Assembly: GCF_018398935.1 (NCBI RefSeq)
Contig: NZ_CP074694.1
Span: forward strand, 3,630,001 to 3,662,000
Reading direction: 5' to 3'
DNA from: Telmatocola sphagniphila
Lineage (GTDB): Bacteria > Planctomycetota > Planctomycetia > Gemmatales > Gemmataceae
DNA length: 32,000 nucleotides
The notes beneath the pieces were generated by a model, which was not told the DNA's origin, did not search any database, and worked only from the letters and a program-made list of their open reading frames with translations. A program made the position numbers and the translations under genes. How positions within the stretch are numbered: position 1 is the stretch's first letter; each line of letters opens with the position of its first letter. This document shows, one piece after another, positions 9,363 through 17,155 of this stretch.

Positions 9363-9377
9363 GCTCTCCGTCCATTC
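9363..9377 (+). promoter_or_regulatory. Conserved leader/promoter motif GCTCTCCGTCCAYTC, copy 1
   Basis: GCTCTCCGTCCATTC lies 192 nt upstream of the DUF1559 gene start at 9555. A near-identical motif lies 188 nt upstream of the paralogue (11574-11588). A second shared block, ACGGATT, lies 64 and 62 nt upstream. Confidence 0.3.
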
Positions 9378-9554
9378 AATTAAATCTTTCCAGCTACGTG
9401 CGTAAATTGGGTTCCAGCGATTTCGTCACTGTCTATTTTTGTTCGAGAAGCGTTTAAACTGAAAATTGTCTGAAGTCTTATATCCTTTATACGGATTGAG
9501 TCTATATGTAGGTTTTCTGTTCCCAAATCTTCCTCATTTTTTGGAGTTTTTAAG

Positions 9555-10544
9555 ATGATGCGTTATCTCTCCCGTAACGGAAGCCGGAAAGGCTTCACTC
9601 TCATTGAGCTGTTGGTGGTTATCGCCATTATCGCGATTCTCATCGGCCTGCTCCTTCCGGCCGTGCAAAAAGTTCGTGAAGCAGCAGCTCGCGCTTCCAG
9701 CCAGAACAATTTGAAGCAAATCGGCCTCGCGATGCACATGTACAACGACACGATCGGAACCCTGCCGAACAACGGCACCAACGGCTTCTGGCCCAGCCCG
9801 AACGTTTGGAAGGATAACAATGGCCAAATCATGACGGCGTCATGGTGCTACAAGATCCTGCCCTACGTCGAACAAACCAATCTTTATAACAACTACAACA
9901 TTACCACCAAGCTGAAGGTTTTTGCTGAACCTGGTCGCGTGAACGGTGGTCGTGGCCCCGCTACCTATGATGGCAGTTCGAACAACAACATGGGTATTAA
10001 TGAAGCGGACAATCCTTCGAACCATGCTCTGGGTGCATTGACCGATTATGCCAGCAACTCGAATCTTATTGCTGACGGCTGGAATAATCTTGGTGTTATG
10101 AACACCATGACCCCGTCCATCCAGGGAATTATTGACGGCTCCTCCAACACGATTTTGGTCGGTGGCAAATCCATCCAGACCACGCAATATGTTGGCAACT
10201 ACGGTTGGGACTGGGACGAAACAGTTGGCTCAGGCGCTTGGGGTGGTACCGAGCGTGCTTTCATGTGGGACGGTATCGACGGCAACTACAACAACGGTCA
10301 AAATCCGAACTACAATCTCCCTAATCCCGGCTACTGGAACGACTTGGCTCGCTCGATCTTCAAAGACGGTATCTGGGGTGTAAACGGTTTCAACCATAAC
10401 AATAGCTGGGGTGGTCCATACGCTGCAGTTGGCCTGTTCCTCTTTGCTGATGGTTCGGTTCACTCCTTGTCCTACACCATCGACAAAGTCACCATGGGCA
10501 AACTCTTGATGCCGGCTGACGGCCAAGTTGTTTCGATCCCCTAA
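9555..10544 (+). CDS. DUF1559-type protein with prepilin N-terminal cleavage/methylation domain (paralogue 1)
   Basis: 329-aa ORF. Motifs: [64 protein letters not shown], and C-terminal [13 protein letters not shown]. This is the architecture of the planctomycetal DUF1559 / H-X9-DG family. Confidence 0.9.
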   Translation: MMRYLSRNGSRKGFTLIELLVVIAIIAILIGLLLPAVQKVREAAARASSQNNLKQIGLAMHMYNDTIGTLPNNGTNGFWPSPNVWKDNNGQIMTASWCYKILPYVEQTNLYNNYNITTKLKVFAEPGRVNGGRGPATYDGSSNNNMGINEADNPSNHALGALTDYASNSNLIADGWNNLGVMNTMTPSIQGIIDGSSNTILVGGKSIQTTQYVGNYGWDWDETVGSGAWGGTERAFMWDGIDGNYNNGQNPNYNLPNPGYWNDLARSIFKDGIWGVNGFNHNNSWGGPYAAVGLFLFADGSVHSLSYTIDKVTMGKLLMPADGQVVSIP

Positions 10545-10574
10545 GTTCACCACCGGTAGAAAAAATACTCTTTC

Positions 10575-10603
10575 AAGTCGGCATGATAAACTCATGCCGA
10601 CTT
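10575..10603 (+). terminator. Intercistronic hairpin (attenuator/terminator-like), copy 1
   Basis: AAGTCGGCATG-ataaact-CATGCCGACTT, an 11-bp perfect stem followed by CTTTCATTTG. It lies between the DUF1559 gene and the lipoprotein gene. A homologous hairpin sits at 12788-12816. Confidence 0.5.
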
Positions 10604-10657
10604 CTTTCATTTGTCCCCTCCGCTTTACCCAAAGTTATGAGATGGAGATTCAATTAG

Positions 10658-11218
10658 ATGTTTTTCCAAAAAACACACCGATTTCTTGGCTTGGCGGCTT
10701 TGCTACTGGGATTCAGTCTGACTTCGATGGGCTGCTCCGGAAGTGTTGAGTACGCAGACATGACTGGTTCGGTATCGATCGACGGCAAAGCAGTCACGGC
10801 TGGCTCGGTTTACATTGTCTTGGCGGATAACCCTGAAGTAACTGGAGGAGGCGTGATCAAGGGGGATGGCACCTATACGTGCAAAGCACCCGTGGGCAAA
10901 ATCAAGGTCGCTATTCAAACGTTGGCCTTTAAACCGGGAGGGGCAAATGACAGCAAAACCAAATCCTCTGCCCCCAGCACAGCACCGGGAGCGAAAGGCG
11001 GAGCAGCTAAAGGCCCACCCGCTGGATATAGTAAAGAAGGGTTTAGCAAAAAGGGAACTACTACACCGCAAGCGCCGGCTTGGGCGTCGGGAGACTCGGA
11101 TCATCCTCCCGTATATGTAAAGATTCCCAGTAAGTACGAGAAAGTGGAAACCTCGGGTTTAACCTACGACATCCACAAGGGTTCAAACACTATTGAGATC
11201 ACTCTCGCTGAAAAGTAA
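10658..11218 (+). CDS. Small lipoprotein, carboxypeptidase-regulatory-like beta-sandwich (paralogue 1)
   Basis: 186-aa ORF. It has a lipoprotein signal with lipobox LTSMGC (Cys26). GSVSIDGKAVTAGSVYIVL...DGTYTCKAPVGKIKVAIQT is followed by a K/G/A/P-rich linker. GGAG lies upstream of the ATG. Confidence 0.75.
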   Translation: MFFQKTHRFLGLAALLLGFSLTSMGCSGSVEYADMTGSVSIDGKAVTAGSVYIVLADNPEVTGGGVIKGDGTYTCKAPVGKIKVAIQTLAFKPGGANDSKTKSSAPSTAPGAKGGAAKGPPAGYSKEGFSKKGTTTPQAPAWASGDSDHPPVYVKIPSKYEKVETSGLTYDIHKGSNTIEITLAEK

Positions 11219-11573
11219 TCGCTTTTGGGTGTGCGTTTGCACAAGATGCGAGCACACCCAGTATCACTTGAAAACATCTTCCCAACTGTCTGGCCAATAG
11301 TTTCCTCGACCAAAGCCTCGTCTATCCTGATCACCTATCCCCTCGCACCTGCTGAGCATAGCAGCCTAGTGCCTCCTCAAGGCAAAAATCTGATTCTCAT
11401 AAAATCGCCGCTGCCCACTATTTTGAGAGCCCATCTACCTACATTTTGCTCGCCAAAACTTCTTCTTGTGCTCGACCAGAGAAATCAATTCCCATATTCG
11501 ACCGATTTTGCCCTTGCAATTAACAACAGATAATGTAACTTTTATGTAAATTATGAGTTATTTATAATAAACC

Positions 11574-11588
11574 GCTCTCCGTCCACTC
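11574..11588 (+). promoter_or_regulatory. Conserved leader/promoter motif GCTCTCCGTCCAYTC, copy 2
   Basis: GCTCTCCGTCCACTC lies 188 nt upstream of ATG 11762 and directly follows TTATTTATAATAA. It corresponds to copy 1 at 9363-9377. Confidence 0.3.
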
Positions 11589-11761
11589 TGGTTTATTGAA
11601 ACTCATTTTGATCTGTGTGGTTGGTTACCGAACGGGCATTTGCGTAAAAGGTTTTACTCACTTTTCCGCTATGTCCTGCCAGTTTTCGACCACTTTCAAA
11701 CGGATTCTTGCAGATGCAAATCTGCTTTTTGTTTATTTATTCTTTTCAGGAGCTCTCTCTC

Positions 11762-12751
11762 ATGTCACGGTCTCTCCACCGGAATCGCAAAGGCTTTACC
11801 CTCATCGAATTGCTGGTTGTAATCGCCATCATTGCAATCCTCATCGGGTTATTATTGCCCGCTGTGCAGAAAGTCCGGGAAGCGGCGGCCCGGGCCTCCA
11901 GCCAGAACAACTTGAAACAGATCGGACTGGCCCTGCATTCCTACAACGACACTTTCGGTAATCTGCCCAACAACGGCACCAACGGCTATTGGCCCAGTCC
12001 CAGCGTTTGGAAAGACAATACCGGCCAGGTCATGACGGCCTCCTGGTGCTACAAGATCCTTCCTTATGTTGAACAAAACAACCAGTACAACAACTACTCG
12101 GCCACGGTCAAACTCAAGGTTTTCGCCGAACCGGCTCGAGTCAATGGCGGCCGCGGACCTGCGACCGATGGCAATACCGCTACCAACGGAGGCGTCAGCG
12201 GGATCAACGCTGCCGACAACCCCAATAACAAAGCTTTGGGCGCTCATACCGACTATGCCGGGAATTGGAACGTTATTCAGGACGGCTGGAATAACAAAGG
12301 CGTTCTCAACGCTCTAACCCCTTCCATTCAAGGCATTCAGGACGGTTCCTCCAACACAATTATCGTCGGGGGCAAAGCCATTCAAACCTCCCAGTACAAC
12401 GGCAATAACGGCTGGGACTGGGATGAAACAATTGGGACAGGCGGCTGGGGCGGAACCTGCCGCGGCGCCATGTGGGATGGGATCGATAACAATTACGACA
12501 ATGGACATAATCCCAACTACAACCTTCCGGTTGGAGGCGGCTCCAACGACTTGGCTCGCTCCATTTTCAAAGATGGAATCTACGGAGTCCACGGCTTCAA
12601 CCACAACAACAGCTGGGGTGGGCCCTATGCCGCGGTCGGCCTCTTTCTCTTTGGCGATGGCTCGGTTCATTCACTCTCCTACACGATCGACAAAGTCACC
12701 ATGGGCAAATTGCTAATGCCCGCCGATGGCCAGGTGGTTACCGTTCCCTAA
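11762..12751 (+). CDS. DUF1559-type protein with prepilin N-terminal cleavage/methylation domain (paralogue 2)
   Basis: The ORF track starts at 11708. I place the start at ATG 11762 ([20 protein letters not shown]...) because AGGAG lies 8 nt upstream and the N-terminus then matches paralogue 1. By eye it is roughly four-fifths identical to 9555-10544. Confidence 0.88.
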   Translation: MSRSLHRNRKGFTLIELLVVIAIIAILIGLLLPAVQKVREAAARASSQNNLKQIGLALHSYNDTFGNLPNNGTNGYWPSPSVWKDNTGQVMTASWCYKILPYVEQNNQYNNYSATVKLKVFAEPARVNGGRGPATDGNTATNGGVSGINAADNPNNKALGAHTDYAGNWNVIQDGWNNKGVLNALTPSIQGIQDGSSNTIIVGGKAIQTSQYNGNNGWDWDETIGTGGWGGTCRGAMWDGIDNNYDNGHNPNYNLPVGGGSNDLARSIFKDGIYGVHGFNHNNSWGGPYAAVGLFLFGDGSVHSLSYTIDKVTMGKLLMPADGQVVTVP

Positions 12752-12788
12752 TTCTTCATTCGCCCTGTTGCAATAATTGACAACTTCA

Positions 12789-12815
12789 AGTCGGCAGGAT
12801 TTTCGCCTGCCGACT
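12789..12815 (+). terminator. Intercistronic hairpin (attenuator/terminator-like), copy 2
   Basis: AGTCGGCAGG-attttcg-CCTGCCGACT, a 10-bp stem followed by CCTTTCGTTTAT. It occupies the same position as copy 1. One stem pair has changed from T:A to G:C. Confidence 0.5.
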
Positions 12816-12860
12816 CCTTTCGTTTATCGATCTTCCTACTACCCTCAGAGGTCTCCCCTA

Positions 12861-13412
12861 ATGTCTCACTTGAGATTCCTTCGCAGCGCCGGCTTATTTT
12901 TACTCCTGTCGAATACCGTGATTTTTTCTTCGGGCTGTTCTAATGAAGTGGAATACGCAGACATGACTGGGTCCGTCAGTATCGAGGGCAAACCAGTGAC
13001 AGCCGGTAGCGTTTACGTGGTGCTGGAGGAGAACAAAGAAATTACTGCTGGAGGGATGATCAAAGGAGATGGGACTTACTCCGTGAAAGCCCCCGTCGGC
13101 AAAGTTAAGGTGGCCATCCAAACTCTCGCTTTCAAACCCGGCGGAGCCAATGAGGAGAGAAAGGCAACAAATGTTTCCACCGCACCAAACAAGAACGGAA
13201 AAACGGGACCACCCGCAGGTTATACCAAAGAGGGATACGTCAAAAAGGGTACCAATGTTCCACCAGCACCCGCCTGGGCTAATGGAGATCCTGAACATCC
13301 CCCCAAATACGTTAAAATTCCCGGCAAGTACGAAAAAATTGAAAGCTCAGGGCTCGCTTACGAGATTCATCGAGGTGCGAATGCCATCGATATTTCTCTA
13401 TCCGAAAAATAA
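12861..13412 (+). CDS. Small lipoprotein, carboxypeptidase-regulatory-like beta-sandwich (paralogue 2)
   Basis: The ORF track starts at 12777. I prefer ATG 12861 (MSHLRFLRSAGLFLLLSNTVIFSSGC, Cys26 lipobox) because the longer version would read through the conserved hairpin. By eye it is about 70% identical to 10658-11218. Confidence 0.75.
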   Translation: MSHLRFLRSAGLFLLLSNTVIFSSGCSNEVEYADMTGSVSIEGKPVTAGSVYVVLEENKEITAGGMIKGDGTYSVKAPVGKVKVAIQTLAFKPGGANEERKATNVSTAPNKNGKTGPPAGYTKEGYVKKGTNVPPAPAWANGDPEHPPKYVKIPGKYEKIESSGLAYEIHRGANAIDISLSEK

Positions 13413-13447
13413 GGCAGACTGTAGCACAATCCGCCTTGCATGGACAT

Positions 13448-15004
13448 TTAAACGATTCGCGGGAAGAGCGGCTTGATCTTCCCGTCCACCAACTCCGCTA
13501 CCAGCTTCAAATCTTCCCGAGTGCTCTTCAATTCCGAGGCTTCCGCAAAATCCACCGATTCCCAAGGCGTATCGAAGTTGAAGCTCTTGTAAATCGCCTC
13601 GGCCGATCGCGGAATGAACGGCTTCAGCAGAATCGAAGCAATTCGCAGCGATTGAATCGCATTAAACAACACTTCTTTCGCGGCGGCCATGTCGGTTTTC
13701 ACCAGCTTCCAGGGGGCATTCGCTTCCAGATACTGGTCGGTTGGTGAAATCAACTGCTGCACGATCGCGGCCAGGGCCAGATTATACCTGCAGTTCTCCA
13801 CGTGAGCACGAACTTCACCCACGAACACTTTCAGATCCAGATTCGAAACCGCCGCCGGTATACGGCCCGCCGTGCCCTCGAATGTCCCCGCATAGTTTTT
13901 CGCGAGTATGGTCGAGCATCGACTGAGCAGGTTGCCCAGCTTTCGCACCAGTTCCGTTTCGTACACTTCTTCGTAGCGCTGGCCGCTATAATCGCCATCG
14001 CCCGGGAAGCCGCACTCCCTCATGAAGAAATAGCGGTAGGCGTCGACGCTCGATTTCGCGACGATCTCTCGCGGCTCGACGACGTTCCCCATCGACTTGC
14101 CCATCTTGTCGCCGTTGATGGTCACAAAGCCGTGGCTGAACACTTTCTTAGGCGCTTCCTCTCCCGCGGCCCAGAGCATCGCCGGCCATAAAGCACAGTG
14201 AAAGCGGGTGATATCCTTGCCGATGAAATGGACATCGGCCGGCCAGTTCTTCCGGAACAACGCTTCATCGTCGCCATAGCCGATACCCGTGATATAAGTC
14301 AACAAGGCATCGAACCAGACGTAAATTGTGAACTCCGGATCGAACGGCATCCGGATGCCCCACTCCTCCCCCTGCCGGCTGATGTTGATATCGCGCAAAC
14401 CTTCGGCCTCGATCAGCCCCAGCATTTCATTTCGCCGAATCTCCGGCTGAATGAAATCGGGATTGTCCTGGTAGAATTTCACCAGCCGATCCTGGAAGGC
14501 GGACAGCCGGAAGAAGTAACAGGGCTCCACCCGGCGGATCAGTGGCTTGCGATGGCTGGGACAATTTCCCGCATTCTCTTCATAGAACTTGTCGCTCTTG
14601 AACTCCTCGCAGCCCGCACAGTACCAGCCTTCGTAGGTGCCCTTGAAAATATGGCCGTTGTCGTAGACCTTCTGAATGAACTTCTTACAGCAGGCCTTAT
14701 GGCGTTCGTGGCTGGTCTGGATGAAGCAGTCGTAACTGATGTCGAGAGCATCCCACACTTCGCGGAACTGTCGGGCCATTTCGTCGCAATATTCCTGCGG
14801 ACTCTTGCCCAACTCCTTGGCGCGGTCGGCCACCTTCAAAGTATTCTCGTCGTTGCCCATGAGGTAGCAAACGTCGTAACCTTCCATGCGCCGATAGCGG
14901 GCCTGGACATCCGCTCCCAGCTTCTCAAAAGCGGTGCCAATGTGCGGTCGGCTATTCGGGTAATCGATGGCGGCGGTTTGAAACCAGCGCGGCTTATCGG
15001 CCAT
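13448..15004 (-). CDS. metG: Methionine--tRNA ligase (short form)
   Basis: 518-aa ORF of a class I aaRS. It has a HIGH-type region (YPNSRPHIGTAFE), zinc knuckles (CAGCEEF ... CPSHRKP), the KMSKS motif as KMGKSMGN, and an anticodon-binding helical C-terminus. Confidence 0.9.
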   Translation of the reverse strand: MADKPRWFQTAAIDYPNSRPHIGTAFEKLGADVQARYRRMEGYDVCYLMGNDENTLKVADRAKELGKSPQEYCDEMARQFREVWDALDISYDCFIQTSHERHKACCKKFIQKVYDNGHIFKGTYEGWYCAGCEEFKSDKFYEENAGNCPSHRKPLIRRVEPCYFFRLSAFQDRLVKFYQDNPDFIQPEIRRNEMLGLIEAEGLRDINISRQGEEWGIRMPFDPEFTIYVWFDALLTYITGIGYGDDEALFRKNWPADVHFIGKDITRFHCALWPAMLWAAGEEAPKKVFSHGFVTINGDKMGKSMGNVVEPREIVAKSSVDAYRYFFMRECGFPGDGDYSGQRYEEVYETELVRKLGNLLSRCSTILAKNYAGTFEGTAGRIPAAVSNLDLKVFVGEVRAHVENCRYNLALAAIVQQLISPTDQYLEANAPWKLVKTDMAAAKEVLFNAIQSLRIASILLKPFIPRSAEAIYKSFNFDTPWESVDFAEASELKSTREDLKLVAELVDGKIKPLFPRIV

Positions 15005-15081
15005 TCGGCTTGCTCCTTGGTTCGTTTCGACGAACTATCGTTTTATGCATTGGTACAGATGGGCGAAAGGGCTAAAGGGGT

Positions 15082-15408
15082 TCACTCGCCTTCCAATTCC
15101 TGTCCCGGCTCGAGAATCGGCAACGGCGTCGCCCCTGGCGGCGGCGTCCCTTGCCCCGACCTCACATAGGCGGCCCGGCGCTGTTCGTACTCCGCGGGCG
15201 TCAGCTTTTCCAACTCGGTCGTGTCGCCCCCCTGCACCGCCGCTTTGAAAATCTGCTTCAAAAAGGGGATACACCAGCCACACCCGGTGCCCGCCCCGCC
15301 GCACTGCGACAACTGGCTAGCCACCTTCGGCTGATAGAGCCGGGCGTAATTGACCAGCTTCCGCTTACTGACGTGAAAGCACAGACAGACTTTGTCTTCC
15401 AGATCCAT
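15082..15408 (-). CDS. BFD-like [2Fe-2S]-binding domain protein
   Basis: 108-aa ORF. The Cys pattern VCLCFHVS ... CGGAGTGCGWCIPF (C-x-C ... C-x-x-C) is typical of bacterioferritin-associated-ferredoxin-like domains. It also has a Pro/Gly-rich C-terminal tail. Confidence 0.7.
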   Translation of the reverse strand: MDLEDKVCLCFHVSKRKLVNYARLYQPKVASQLSQCGGAGTGCGWCIPFLKQIFKAAVQGGDTTELEKLTPAEYEQRRAAYVRSGQGTPPPGATPLPILEPGQELEGE

Positions 15409-15452
15409 AACTTTATCCTATCTAATTTTCCACTCCCATTGGGACTCCTCCC

Positions 15453-16454
15453 ATGCGTGCTGCCTCTCTCTCCTTTCTGTTGCTGGCCGCGTTTCCGCTC
15501 TACTCCCAAGAGATTGTTGTCGGCGAGGGCAAACTCGAATTCAAATCGGGCGGCGAACTGGTCACCACCTATTACCATGGTAAGGAAGTCGCCAAACCTT
15601 ACTGGTGGCCGTTGAATGCGCCGGGGGAAATTACGGTGACGCGCGGCTATCCCATTGTGAAGGATCTTCCGAAGGAAACCAGCAAGGATCACCCACACCA
15701 CAAGTCGGGCTGGTTCTGCCACGGCGATGTCATTCCAGAAGGTTTAACGATCAAAACTAAAACGGCCGATCCGCACGTCAAAGGGGTCGACTTCTGGAGC
15801 GAGCTGCCCGGCCACGGCGTGATCCGCTGCACCAAAGTCGGCGAGATCACCAAGAAGCCGCACGAAGCAAGCGTGGTGACCTACAACGACTGGAACTCGG
15901 CCGACGGCGTCAAAGTTCTCGAAGAGGTTCGGACGATTACGCTCGTCGATTTGAATAAGACGGGACGGCTGATCATTATGGATTCGGAACTGATCGCCAG
16001 CCAGTGCCCGATCACTTTCGGCGATACCAAGGAAGGTTCCTTCGGGGTGAGGATCAGCGATCAGATACGGGAAGTGATCGATGAGAAGAAAAAGATTCAT
16101 GGCGGCACTCTGACGCTGGCGGATGGAAAAACGCTGGAGAAAAATGTCTGGGGTCAAGTCTCCCACTGGTGCGATTACTCGGGGAAGCAGGACGGGAAAG
16201 AGGCCGGGCTGACGATCTTTGCAAGTCCCAAGAACACGATTCCGACGGCCTGGCACTCTCGGGCTTACGGCTTAATGGCGGCCAATCCTTTCGGTCGCGA
16301 GGTGTCCGGCTTCCCATCGCAAAAGGGGAAGAGGGATCTGGTGAAGATTGCCCGGGGCGACAAATTGAAACTCACTTATGTGATCTATCTGCATACGGGA
16401 GATGTGAAGTCGGGTCAGGTGACCGAGGCCTACGAGAAATTTGTCGGGCGTTAG
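15453..16454 (+). CDS. Secreted PmoA-family / DUF6807-like protein
   Basis: 333-aa ORF with signal peptide MRAASLSFLLLAAFPLYSQE. The pattern KPYWWPLNAPGEITVTRGYP ... DHPHHKSGWFCHGDV ... VDFWSE matches my memory of the PmoA-like (PF14100/DUF6807) family common in Planctomycetes. Confidence 0.55.
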   Translation: MRAASLSFLLLAAFPLYSQEIVVGEGKLEFKSGGELVTTYYHGKEVAKPYWWPLNAPGEITVTRGYPIVKDLPKETSKDHPHHKSGWFCHGDVIPEGLTIKTKTADPHVKGVDFWSELPGHGVIRCTKVGEITKKPHEASVVTYNDWNSADGVKVLEEVRTITLVDLNKTGRLIIMDSELIASQCPITFGDTKEGSFGVRISDQIREVIDEKKKIHGGTLTLADGKTLEKNVWGQVSHWCDYSGKQDGKEAGLTIFASPKNTIPTAWHSRAYGLMAANPFGREVSGFPSQKGKRDLVKIARGDKLKLTYVIYLHTGDVKSGQVTEAYEKFVGR

Positions 16455-16982
16455 CCGCTCGCTTGTCCGGGACTTCCCTAGAGAGGTCATCAGATCATCA
16501 TTTTTCACATAGTGAGAAACGCAATTTTGATGACCTTAGATTATTTCTCGGGAATTATCTCGTTTTACCCTTGGTGTGATGAGACCGCCGAGAGTCTCAT
16601 TCAACCACTTCATAGTACCAAATTTTATCCGGAAACGCAATAAAAGTTGAGAGTGGACGTAGGATGCGATACTGTAGTGCGGGTACTTATTTTGAATACG
16701 CACTGGCAGGTAGCCAGTGCCACGCAGAACCAGGATGGATAAATGGTTCGGAGAGAGGGGGGAGGATCGCACCAGTGCCACCCGCGGCAACTAACACGAA
16801 CCGATATTGTGAAGCTGTTATTATTTATAACATATGCGTTGCTCAGGTATTAAAATTAATATGCACTTATTACAACAACTAAGAAATAGAGAAATAGTAT
16901 GATCGAGGCTAAATATAGAAAATTATCAAACCAAACCGATCGCCAAGTATTATCCTGCAGTTAATTGTTTAGCTTGTTCAAA

Positions 16983-17025
16983 CTGCTTGTTCGTGTGTAT
17001 CATTTTGCTACACACGAACAAGCAG
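16983..17025. repeat. Perfect 17-bp inverted repeat (hairpin) in AT-rich intergenic DNA
   Basis: CTGCTTGTTCGTGTGTA-tcattttgc-TACACACGAACAAGCAG. On the plus strand TTTTTT begins 9 nt downstream. The arm sequence GCTTGTTC is also partly repeated just upstream (16972-16979). Confidence 0.6.
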
Positions 17026-17155
17026 ACAGATAGTTTTTTAGAGGCTCTTATCCGGCAATTACAAACAAAAAGCTCGGCCAGTTCTAAAATGGCAAAGTTG
17101 CGGGCGCTTTTTTGATCAACTAAGAATCGTGTTACGTTTACTTAGGAATGTAATT

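Noticed and set aside
11227-11260. Hairpin TGGGTGTGC-(16 nt)-GCACACCCA after the first lipoprotein gene as a terminator
   Set aside because: It has a large loop and no U-tract, and it is not conserved after the second lipoprotein gene. The evidence is too weak to list as a feature.
11225-11533. 102-aa ORF in the spacer between the two cassettes, and the 84-aa ORF at 16536-16790 (minus)
   Set aside because: They have no ribosome-binding site and no motifs, and their composition is atypical of coding sequence. They lie in regions better explained as leader or intergenic DNA. An 84-aa remnant of something older cannot be excluded.
11708-11761. Upstream extensions of the second DUF1559 gene (11708) and the second lipoprotein gene (12777-12860)
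   Set aside because: The extensions add non-homologous residues compared with the paralogues and lack a ribosome-binding site. For 12777 the extension reads through the conserved intercistronic hairpin. The internal ATGs 11762 and 12861 restore paralogue-like N-termini.
14198-15169. 323-aa plus-strand ORF antisense to metG and the BFD-like gene
   Set aside because: It overlaps two well-supported minus-strand genes and has no recognisable motifs. It is an antisense artefact.
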